NCBI GenBank assembly: GCA_963789955.1
Contig: CAWBMV010000034.1
Coordinates: 1,024,001-1,088,000, forward strand
Reading direction: 5' to 3'
Origin: an uncultured Candidatus Rokubacteria bacterium
GTDB lineage: Bacteria > Methylomirabilota > Methylomirabilia > Rokubacteriales > CSP1-6
Length of the DNA: 64,000 nt
The notes under the pieces are model-generated. The model was not told the origin of the DNA. It saw nothing but the letters and a program-made list of their open reading frames with translations, and searched no databases. Positions 12,081 through 22,238 of this stretch are shown one piece after another (the stretch's first letter is position 1; every line of letters starts with the position of its first letter). Both the position numbers and the translations under genes were made by a program.

Positions 12081-12299
12081 ATGAGCTCGGATTCCGACGT
12101 GGCGACGGCAACGGAAGTCATGACCGTGTACATGGCGCTCGACGGTGGGCTGCACCACGCCCGCTGCAACCAGCGGCTCTCGCTCCACGGGCAGCGCGCG
12201 GGGCTCGAGCTGGATTTCTACTGCCTCACGTGCACCGAGAGCGTGACGATTCCGTTCTGCGTGGTCGAGCGGATCCCGGTCGCGGATTCGGCCTGCTAG
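12081..12299 (+). CDS. Small hypothetical Cys/His protein (72 aa, zinc-ribbon-like)
   Basis: RBS GGAGG at 12067; HHARC...YCLTC...C pattern; GC-rich codon usage. Confidence 0.6.
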   Translation: MSSDSDVATATEVMTVYMALDGGLHHARCNQRLSLHGQRAGLELDFYCLTCTESVTIPFCVVERIPVADSAC

Positions 12300-12342
12300 C
12301 GCGACCGGGCCCGTCCGACTTCGATGGACGACTCGCAGCAGA

Positions 12343-12900
12343 TCATTTGGCGATCTTGCTGATCTTCGATCCTTGTAGTCCGGCTCCGGCCATCAGGCCC
12401 TTCTGGTCGAAGATGAGCGCGTAGATGTCTTGCGTCACGGTCGAGCTCGTCGTCGACTTTCCCGCGCCCTCGTCCAGCACGACGATGCTCGGCCCCAGTC
12501 CGACCTCGAAGCCGTCGCTCTTGTCCAGGTAGCTGAGCGCGGACTCGTTCATGAAGAAGAGCGCGTACCCGAACGCCTGAGCGCCCGCCTGCCAGCCGTA
12601 CGACGCCGCCACCGTGTTGTAGTAGCCGACGTTCTTGTTCCCCTTGCGAAGGACGCCCTCGCCGTACTGGGCGCCGAACATGAACCCGGCCTTGTAGATA
12701 CTCGGAAAGATGAGAATCGCCTTGGCCTGAGACGCCAGCTTCTTGGCCTCCGGCTTGTGTGCGTAGAGCTTGGCCAGCACCGCGTTGGCGTCGCGGTTGA
12801 TGTCCGCGGCCGATGCCGCCAGCGCGGGTCGAGTGTTCACCGAGGACGTCGCGGCCAGGGCCACTGCCAGCAGGGCGGCTACGAGCCGTGCTTTCAGCAT
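12343..12900 (-). CDS. Exported lipid-binding SYLF/Ysc84-like protein
   Basis: Signal peptide; AKAILIFPSIYKAGFMFGAQYGEG, ASYGWQAGAQ, QKGLMAGAGLQGSKISK. Confidence 0.85.
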   Translation of the reverse strand: MLKARLVAALLAVALAATSSVNTRPALAASAADINRDANAVLAKLYAHKPEAKKLASQAKAILIFPSIYKAGFMFGAQYGEGVLRKGNKNVGYYNTVAASYGWQAGAQAFGYALFFMNESALSYLDKSDGFEVGLGPSIVVLDEGAGKSTTSSTVTQDIYALIFDQKGLMAGAGLQGSKISKIAK

Positions 12901-12967
12901 TGTTCGCTCCCTCCAATCGTGCGCGATGAGATCCGGACGCCCAGCGTCTCCACGGTCCGTCGCTGAC

Positions 12968-13448
12968 CTATTTGACGAGCGGGATGCCGCGCGCGAGCTC
13001 GTAGTTCACGAGGGCCCGAGCCTTGTTCTCGATCTGGTACAGCTTCGCGACCTTCATGCGGCGGCAAGACTCTACTGAAGCGCGGCTGGTACGACGTCAG
13101 TATCGCGACGTGATCGCGCTCGATGGCCAGGTACTGCTTGACGAGGGTCGTCGCCTGCTCGTCGGTCATCGACTGGTACGTCTTGGCGTAGGTGTCGAGG
13201 AATTTCAACACACGGTCGTAGTGACTGACCATGTCGCTCTGATAGGCGTTGTAGACCGGCCAGAATGCCTTGGCCTCGCCTTCGGTGAGCTCGAGCACCG
13301 CGGCCACCACGGCCTTCTTGTCCGCTCGCAGCTTCTCGCGCAGGACTTCCATATCGTCGGCGGGCTTGTCCTGCGCGACGGCCACGCCACCCACGAGACA
13401 GGCGAGGACGCTTCCGAACGCGAACAGATTCCTTCGCGCATACCTCAT
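12968..13448 (-). CDS. Exported alpha-helical hypothetical protein, Spy/CpxP-like (frameshift near 13060)
   Basis: Signal peptide MRYARR...AVAQ; LELTEGEAKAFWPVYNAYQ; rejoined C-terminus KVAKLYQIENKARALVNYELARGIPLVK. Confidence 0.7.
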
Positions 13449-14420
13449 GGGCCGTTGGCTCCTTTCGGCTGGCTGCGGCACATCGCGGTACGATACCCGA
13501 CCTTCGCGGTCTCCGCTACAGGACCACCGACTCTCCCGTCGAGTGCGGCGACACCGACGTCGCGCGGCTACTCCCCCCGCAGGGTCGGGTCGAGGAGATC
13601 GCGGAGCCAGTCGCCGGTGCGGCTCACCACGATCGAGGTGAGCATGAGCACGATCCCCGGCGCCGTCGAGATCCACCACGCCGAGTCGAGATACTCGCGC
13701 CCCTCTTGCACCATGCCGCCCCACGAAGGCGTCGGCGGCTGGACGCCGAGGCCGAGGAACGAGAGCGTCGCCTCCAGCACGATCGCGCGCGCGAGCTCGA
13801 GCGTGGCGATGACGACCAGCGACGAGAGCACGTTGGGCAGCACGTGCCGGGCGATCACGCGCAAGACCGAGCCGCCGAGCGCGTGGATCGCGTCGACGAA
13901 CTCGCGTGAGCGCAGCACCAGCACCTGCGAGCGGAGCACGCGCGCGTAGGTCACCCAGCCCGACAGCCCGATGACGACGATCAGGGTGGGCAAGCTCGGG
14001 CCGAGCACGGCGATGATCCCGATCGCCAGGAGGATGAACGGGAACGCGAGCTGGGCGTCGGCGAGCGTCATGATCGTGCTGTCGGCCCAGCCCCCGCGGA
14101 ACCCGGCCAGCAGTCCGAGCGAGGCGCCGAGCAGCCCGCCCACGATCACCGCCGCGAAGCCCACCAGCAGGGACACCCGCGCGCCGAAGATCACGCGCGA
14201 GAGGACGTCGCGCCCGAGGTGGTCGGTGCCGAGCAGATGGGCTTTGCCGTCGGCCCCGGCGAACGTAGGCGCCGAGAGCCGGCCCCGGAGGGACTGGCGA
14301 ATGGGATCGGCGGGCGCGATCAACGGCGCGGCCAGCGCCGCCAGGATCAAGAGCGCGACGAACACGGCGCCGCCGATCGCGAGGCCGCGGGTCCGGCGCG
14401 CGCGGCTCGCCGGCGCGCGC

Positions 14421-15348
<928 letters not shown>

Positions 15349-15355
15349 GGGCAAT

Positions 15356-15382
15356 GGGGCGGAGCCTCGCGGGCTCCGCCCC
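15356..15382. repeat. Perfect 11-bp GC hairpin between SBP and permease genes
   Basis: GGGGCGGAGCC-tcgcg-GGCTCCGCCCC; a typical position for an mRNA-stabilising or attenuating stem after an SBP gene. Confidence 0.75.
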
Positions 15383-15393
15383 GGGAAACCGGT

Positions 15394-16943
15394 CTACGCG
15401 CGGCGGAACTTGAAGTTGAAGCGACGGATCTCGAGCTGCTGGAGCGGATCCGGCGTCCACTCCACGTACTTCTGAAGGCCGTAGTCCTCGTACGGCTGGA
15501 TCACCGGGACCCACGGGAAGTGCTCGAGGAAGAGCTGCGTCATCTTCTTGTACGCGTCGGCGCGGAACTTCTCGTCGACCGAGAACCGCGCGGCGTTGCC
15601 CAGCTCGTCGAACTCCGGGTGGCGCCAGTAGTCCTGAGGACGCGCCCGGACCGAGGAGCCGCCACATCATGCCGTCCGGATCTCGCAAGGTCGAGGTGGG
15701 ATCCGACCACCAGAGCTCCCTTGAAGCTCTTCTCGCGGATCCGCTGGGCGCGGACCGAATACTCGAGGACCTCGACCTTCGAGTTGACGCCCACGTCGCG
15801 CCACATGGCCTGGATCGCCTCGGCCATCGGCTTGTCGCCGGCCATGTAGCCCACGGTGGTCTCGATGACGATCTCCTCGCCCTTGTATCCAGCCTTCTTC
15901 AGCCGCGCCTTCGCCTCGGCCGGATTGAAGGCCAGCGGCGGCAGCGAGGCGTCGAAGTGATTGTCGCCCTTGGCGATCATGCCGTTCGGCACGACGCCGC
16001 GGCCGCGCCACAGCTCCTTCACGATGGCCTCGCGATCGATGGCCAGCGAGAGCGCCTGCTTCACGAGGGGATTGTCGAGCGGCGGCCGCTTCGAGTTCAC
16101 GGCGAGGACGTAGAGCCCGCCGTAGAGCGCTCCGCTGACCACGCGTGCCGGCATTGCCCTTGACCCGCTCGCCCTGGTCCGGCGGTACCTGCGTGATCAG
16201 GTCGACCTCGCCCTTGAGCAGCGCCGCGACGCGCGGCGCCATCTCGGGCAGCGCCCTCACGATGAGGCGATCGAAATCCGACGCGACCGCCCCAGTAGTC
16301 GGGGTTCGACTCCAGCACGAGCTTGTCGTCCTTCGTCCACGAGACGAAGCGTGTCGGCCCGGTGCCGATCGGCTTCAGGTTGAAGGCGTCCGGGCCGACA
16401 CGTCTCGACGTACTTCTTCGGGATCATCTGACCGCCGTAGAAGCCCAGCCGCGCCGGCAGCAGCGGATCGGGCTTCTTGGTATGGACGACGGCGGTGCCG
16501 GGGTCGGGCGCCTCGACTCGCTCGACCGTCGAGAGGACGGTGGTCACCCGATTGCCCTTGAGGCTGGTATCGAGCGAGCGATCGATGCTGAATTTCACGT
16601 CGGCCGACGTGAAGGGGTCGCCGTTGTGGAATTTGACGCCGGAGCGAAGCTTGAAGACCCACGCCGTCTGGCCCTGGAGCTTCCACTCTGTGGCGAGGCT
16701 CGGCGCGAGCTTGCCGTCAGGGCGCCGGCTCGTCAGGTTGTCGAAGATATTGAACGAGATGCGGATGTCGTTCGACGACGTGCTCAGATGCGGGTCCAGC
16801 GCGGCGATGTCACCGCCCTGCGCGACGACGAGCTCGCGCTTCTGGGTGGTCTGGGCCCGCGCGGGCTGCGGCAACACGGGGAGCGAAGCGGCGGCGCCGG
16901 CTGCCGCGATCTTGAGCACGTCACGTCGAGTCATCTCTGCCAT
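15394..16943 (-). CDS. Peptide ABC substrate-binding protein (family 5), Tat signal, several frameshifts
   Basis: MTRRDVLK Tat motif, LDPH, FKLRSGVKFHNGDPFTSADVKFS, PIGTGP, ALSLAIDREAI; C-terminus ...FNFKFRRA stop at 15394. Confidence 0.9.
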
Positions 16944-17011
16944 GGTGGCCTCCTGGTTCGCGGATCAGTGCGGGTCTATATGGGGAGCTTTGCCAATCCT
17001 GTCAAGCGCCA

Positions 17012-17295
17012 CTACGTCGCGGGCGCGGCCTCGGGTTGAGCGAGCGGCGAGCGTCGTACCCGCGCCTGCACGTCGCTGACGACGTCGCGCGCCATTCGTA
17101 TTCGGGGGGATCACGAGGCTCCAGAGGACGTCGAGGGTCACGACTTCTGTGTCGGGCGTGACCGTGGCCCGGGATGAACAGGGGACCGATCGTGAACTCG
17201 GGATTCGGGCGCGAGGCGAGGAAGACCTGACCACACGCAACGTCGGGCGCCGCCGCGGCCAGCACCAGCGCGAGGGTCCAGGCGGCGCGTCTCAT
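17012..17295 (-). pseudogene. Internally deleted paralog of the adjacent 17309-18683 protein
   Basis: N-terminus GQVFLASRPNPEFTIGPLFI..ATVTP..LDVLWSLVIP matches GQVFIARQPKPEFTVGPLFVRANVGP; it is followed directly by DVVSDVQARVRRSPLAQPEAAPAT*, matching the neighbour's C-terminus DRVLDVQAQVNRSKLTQPGPA. Confidence 0.8.
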
Positions 17296-17308
17296 CCGCC
17301 CGATTCGT

Positions 17309-18683
17309 TCAGGCCGGCCCGGGCTGGGTCAGCTTGCTCCGGTTGACCTGCGCCTGGACGTCGAGGACGCGGTCGCCGTCGATCTCGATCTCGACCTCGT
17401 GGTGCTCGATGTCCCAGCGGTTCACGGTGGCGAGCCATCCGAACCGGCGGCGGCGATGCGGTACCACGCGACGCCCGCGGTAGACCAGCGTGCGGCGTCC
17501 GGGCTTGCTCAGGCGCTCGCGCTCCTCGGGATCGGGCCCGCAGAGATCGAGCACCTGGGCGTGCGTCGTTTCCCCGGGCGCGATCCGCGCGAGCGCCTCG
17601 CGCGGGACGATCGTGCCGGTCTCGCGCGGCCCCGGCGCTCCGCTCGAGGGCCCGAACTGGATGCGTCCCTGCAGTCGGGCCGCGACGGTCTTGACGAGCA
17701 TCGTGACGAGCGGGCCGGCGAGATTGCCGAGCACGAAGAAGAGCGTCGCGAAGAGGAGCGGAGACCACGCCTTCCAGCCCGTGAAGTACCCGTATTGCAC
17801 CGACAGCACCTGAGGCCGGACGCCCTCGGACGGATCGAGATAGACGGACACGATCTCGGTCGCGCGTCGCGTCTCGCTCGTGCGCCGCTGGCTCGAGCCC
17901 GGATAGACCTCGTGGATCTTCAGATGGTCGGCGTCGGCGAAGTTGACGGTGAGCTGCGAGGGATCGTCGGCCAGGTGGACGACGCGGTCGCGGTACGCCA
18001 GATACATCGGAAAGAGCGCCCGCGTCCGCACGTCGTTGAAGCTCAACGTGAGGATCTGACGCTCGCCCCACAGCGTGTTCTCGAGCCAGGTGGCTCGCTT
18101 CTGTCGCCGCAATCCGGTCAGACGCATCTGGAGCTCGATGAGCCACGTCCGGTCGGCGAGCCGCGGCGTCCACGGGATCCGGATCCAGCTGGCCGGCGTG
18201 CCCTGCCCGAGCGGCCCGGGTTCGCGCGTGTACGTGACGTAGGGAGCGCCGCCGGCAATCCGCTCGGGTTTCGGCCGGTCGCGCCCGACGGCGATCGCGC
18301 GCGCCGTCAGCGGCAACCGTCCTTCACGCTTCACCTCGAAGCCGCGGCCCTCGATGGTCTTGCGGAGCTCGGGATCCGGCGCTCCGGCCACCGCCTCGCC
18401 GTCCACCTCGCCGGGCCACAGAAGGTAGAGGTCTTGCGCGAGCGCGTCGCTCTTGGCCGTGGCCGGCACGACCAGGCCGAACAGCACGCTGACCTCGATC
18501 GGTCCGTGCCCGGGTCCGACGTTGGCCCGCACGAAGAGCGGACCGACCGTGAACTCGGGTTTGGGCTGGCGGGCGATGAAGACTTGCCCGTACGCGGCGG
18601 CCGGCGCCACTGCGAGCGCCAGCACCGCGAGGAGCCGGGCGGCTAAATCCGAACAGGCGTGAACTCTCGCGTGTAGTGCGCAT
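17309..18683 (-). CDS. Uncharacterised exported/membrane protein (~450 aa; start uncertain, possible frameshift near 18640)
   Basis: Signal-like LLAVLALAVAPAAAYG, large soluble domain, TM WSPLLFATLFFVLGNLAGPLV, C-terminal IAPGETTHAQVLDLCGPDP segment. Confidence 0.8.
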
Positions 18684-19615
18684 CGAGCGGAAGCTTCTTC
18701 TTGATCAGGCCGTACTCGAGCAGCGTGTCTTGCATCACGGCCAGCGCTTCCACGTTGATGCTCCCATCGACCGGCAGCAGGGGACCCGAGATCTTGTGCG
18801 CGCCGAGCACGGCCTCCGGGGTCCAGCCGAGCTTCTTCGACACGAGCTGCGCGGCCTCCTTGGGGTTGTCGCGCATCAGCTTGATCGCGCGGAAGAGGGC
18901 CTTCTGGCTCTTCCGGATCGCATCGGCCTGCTTGGCGATCGCGTCCTCCGACGCGTACTGGATCTGGCTGATCCACTTCGGCGTCACCGAGTCCAGGCGC
19001 ATGAGCACCTTGGACTTGCCCTGCAGCTCGGTCACGGCGCCGCCGTCGCCCCAGACGTAGGCGGCGATCTCCTTGCGCGCCATCGCCGCGAGCTGAGCGT
19101 CGAGGCCGCCGAGGCCGACGATCTGCACGTCCTTGTCCGGATCCCAGCCCTCCTTCTTGGCGACCATGCGGGCGAAGACCCACGTGGTCGCGCCCACGCG
19201 GGTGACGCCGATCGTCTTCCCGCGGAGGTCGGCGACCTTCTGAATGCCGGGCGCCACGTTCAGGGTGAAGTGGTTGCCCTCGGTGTGAGTCGCGATCATC
19301 TTGATCGGCGAGCCGGCTTCGCGGAAGACGAAGATGTCGGTGCTGCCGGTGATCCCGATCAGACAGTCGCCCGCCATCACCGCCTTGAGGAGATCGGGGC
19401 CGCCGCGAAAGGGCACGTACTCGGCGGCGAGGCCCTCGGTTTTGAAGTAGCCCTGATCGAGGGCGACGATGACCGGCCCAGCCATCGAGTAGTCGCCGAG
19501 CACGGCACTCCCGATCTTGACCGCGGTCTGCGCGCGAGCGACGCGCGCGAATAGCGGCGTCGCTCCGGTCGCGAGAGCGGTAGCTGAGGAACCGGCGACG
19601 CGTGGTGACGGGCAT
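18643..19615 (-). CDS. NitT/TauT (SsuA/THI5-like) ABC substrate-binding protein, Tat signal (frameshift near 19570)
   Basis: MPVTTRRRFL; ALDQGYFKTEGL, ADLRGKTIGVTRVG, DNPKEAAQLV. Confidence 0.88.
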
Positions 19616-19765
19616 GGGCGATGGCTCCTTTTGCCTCAAGGGTCGACGCGCCTGGCGGCCTTGACATTCCACCAGCACGCGGTGATCGTACAACTTCGTG
19701 AGTCTCATCGACAATTTGTCGTCTCAGTGTCGTGGGCGAGTCGCGGAACGCGACGGAGCGTCTCG

Positions 19766-20546
19766 ATGACCGAATCACCCGTTACCTACGAAGCACGGGA
19801 CGGAGTCGGCTGGATCACCTTGAACCGACCGGCCGTACTCAACGCGCTGTCCACCGAGCTCGCGAGCGCACTCGCCGAGCACGCGGAGACCGCCGCCGCC
19901 GACCCGCGTGTGATGCAGGTGATCGTGCGCGGCGCGGGGCGCGCGTTCTGCTCGGGCATGGATCGGACCGCGCTCGCCGCGGGCACGATCGGCGAGGCGT
20001 TTTTCCGGCACTGGACCCGTGCGCTCGACTGTCTCGAGGACATGCCGAAGATCACGATCGCCGTCCTGCACGGCTACTCGATCGGCGGCGGCTTGCAGCT
20101 GGCGCTCGGCTGCGACCTCCGGCTCGCCACCGAGGACGCCGTGCTCGGCCTGGGCGCCACGCGCCACGGGCTGGTGCCGGACGGCGCGGTGCTGCGGCTC
20201 GCGCGCGTGATCGGCCTGGGACGCGCCAAGGAGCTGGCGCTCCTGAACGATGACGTGAGCCCGGCCGAGGCGCGGGCGATCGGCCTGATCAACTGGGTGT
20301 GCGCGCCGGCCGACCTCGACCGGACGCTCGCGTCGGTCCTCGAGAAGGCGCGCAGCGCCGGCGCCCACCGCGACCGCCCACACCAAGCGCCTGCTCCACG
20401 CCTCGTTCCACCACGACCCGCGGACGATTCTCGAGGACGTGCTGCGGGCCCAGGCCGACTGCGCCGCGTCGTGGGAGATGGGCGAGGCCAACCAGGCCTG
20501 GCGCGAGAAGCGCGACGCGCGCTTTTATCCGCCCGAGCCCCGGTGA
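19766..20546 (+). CDS. Enoyl-CoA hydratase/isomerase (crotonase) family protein (frameshift near 20360)
   Basis: ITLNRPAVLNAL, RAFCSGMD, HGYSIGGG, GLINWV. Confidence 0.88.
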
Positions 20547-20558
20547 GTCGGAGGCCCC

Positions 20559-21355
20559 ATGGCGTACACGGACATCCTCTACGAGAAGAAACGCGGCGTC
20601 GCCTGGATCACGATCAACCGGCCCGAGGTGCGCAACGCGTTCCGCCGACGGACCGTCGACGAGCTGATCGACGCGTTCCGCGACGCGCGCTGGGACCGCG
20701 GCGTCGGCGTCGTCGTGCTCACCGGCGCCGGCGACAAGGCCTTCTGCTCCGGCGGCGATCAGAAGGAGCGCGGCGAGGGCGGCTACGCGCGGCGCGGCCG
20801 GCGCGGCGAGCATCGGCCGATCGACGTCGCGGCGCTGCACAGCGTGATCCGCAACATCCCGAAGCCGGTGATCGCCATGGTGAACGGCTACGCGATCGGC
20901 GGCGGCCACGTGCTGCACGTGCTCTGCGATCTCTCGATCGCCGCCGACACCGCGATCTTCGGCCAGACCGGGCCGCGCGTCGGCAGCGTCGATCCGGGCT
21001 TCGGCACCGCCTACCTCGCGCGCGTCGTCGGCGAGAAGAAGGCGCGCGAGATCTGGTACCTCTGCCGCCAGTACTCGGCGCAGGAGGCGCTCGCGATGGG
21101 ACTCGTCAACAAGGTCGTCCCGCCGCGGAGCTGCGCGCCGAGGTCGAGACGTGGTGCGCGCGAGCTGCTCGAGAAGAGCCCGACGGCGCTCACGCTCGCC
21201 AAGCACTCCTTCAACGCCGACACCGACCACGCGCGCCGGCATGGCGCAGTTCGGAGCACGCGCTCGAGCTCTACTACCAGACCGCCGAGGCGAAGGAAGG
21301 ACGCAACGCGTTCGTCGAGAAGCGGCCCGTCGATTTCAAGAAGTTCCGAAAATGA
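20559..21355 (+). CDS. MenB/BadI-like crotonase (naphthoate synthase or 2-ketocyclohexanecarboxyl-CoA hydrolase type); 3' frameshifts
   Basis: [76 protein letters not shown]. Confidence 0.85.
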
Positions 21356-21464
21356 CAAAAGGGGCAGGACGAGTCGGCCCGGTGTCGTCAGGCTGACACC
21401 CCGGCGGGTGCGGCCGAACGCCGATAGGCCGAGCTTTTCAACGATCTAAGCCGCCTCCGCGACC

Positions 21465-21480
21465 TGGCAGGGGGATTGCC
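21465..21480 (+). promoter_or_regulatory. Putative sigma54 promoter with upstream candidate enhancer
   Basis: TGGCAGGGGGATTGCC (GG-N10-GC); inverted repeat GTGTC-N8-GACAC at 21382-21399. Confidence 0.55.
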
Positions 21481-21492
21481 CCATCGAGGGAC

Positions 21493-21747
21493 ATGACGTG
21501 GCGAGCGATCATGTCCTTCGTGGTGACGCCGGCCGCGCTCGCGCTGGTCGCGGCTCTGGCGCTCGGCGCGGTCGTCGCGACCGGCGAGGATTCCACGGTG
21601 CGTCCGGCGGTTCTGGTCGGCGACGATCTGCTTCGCATCTTCCAGGAAGGCAAGGACGCCGCCGAGCAGGCGGACCCGCCCGAGATCAGTCTCGGCACCG
21701 CGTTCGACCCGCAGCCGCCGCCGCCGACTCCGTCGGACTACCGATAG
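21493..21747 (+). CDS. Small hypothetical exported/membrane-anchored protein (84 aa)
   Basis: Hydrophobic N-terminus ALALVAALALGAVVA, acidic/Pro-rich tail; alternative ATG at 21511. Confidence 0.5.
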   Translation: MTWRAIMSFVVTPAALALVAALALGAVVATGEDSTVRPAVLVGDDLLRIFQEGKDAAEQADPPEISLGTAFDPQPPPPTPSDYR

Positions 21748-21779
21748 CGCCCCCCTCGATGTAGACTGCCGCCCGGCAC

Positions 21780-22040
21780 ATGGCCGGGCTCCTCTCCCGC
21801 TACTTCGCCTTCAGAGAGCGATCGACCGATCTCGCGGACCGAGGTTCGCGCGGGTGTCACGACGTTCACCTGGTCGATCACCAACGGCGATCGGCGCGGG
21901 ATTCGTCACGTACACCGCGATCAAGCTGCGACGCGGGCGCGGCCACCAGTTGAGCTGGATGGTCTACCTCGCGTGCGCGGCGTTCATCGTGTACTTCTGC
22001 CTGCCGTTGATCGAGGGCGCCGGCCAAGTGGGGGAGCCGG
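21780..22040 (+). pseudogene. NCS2/AzgA-family purine permease remnant with large internal deletion (3' end approximate)
   Basis: N-terminus MAGLLSRYFAFRERSTDL.TEVRAGVTTF fused directly to C-terminal TWSITNGIGAGFVTYTAIKL..GRGHQLSWMVYLACAAFIVYF. Confidence 0.75.
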
Positions 22041-22103
22041 TGCGCGCGCGGCGTTCCACCAGGGGACACGCGTCGCGTAAGTCCTCGTTATCCCGGCAAT
22101 TTC

Positions 22104-22133
22104 TTGACACAACCGCCACGCTTCGGCTAGACT
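22104..22133 (+). promoter_or_regulatory. Putative sigma70 promoter for the ligase/ABC operon
   Basis: TTGACA-N18-TAGACT about 105 nt upstream of 22239. Confidence 0.65.
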
Positions 22134-22238
22134 CGCGCCACCGGGAGCGGGTCTGCGCGCCGGGGCTCGAGCCGGCATGGGCCCGCTCGGATCTGCCCTC
22201 CCTCGAGGCAGTAAACCCTGACTGATCGCGGAGGCGAA

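Noticed and set aside
17309..19714. 801-aa single ORF
   Set aside because: The upstream half is an off-frame read of the SBP gene; only the part below ~18650 is the membrane protein.
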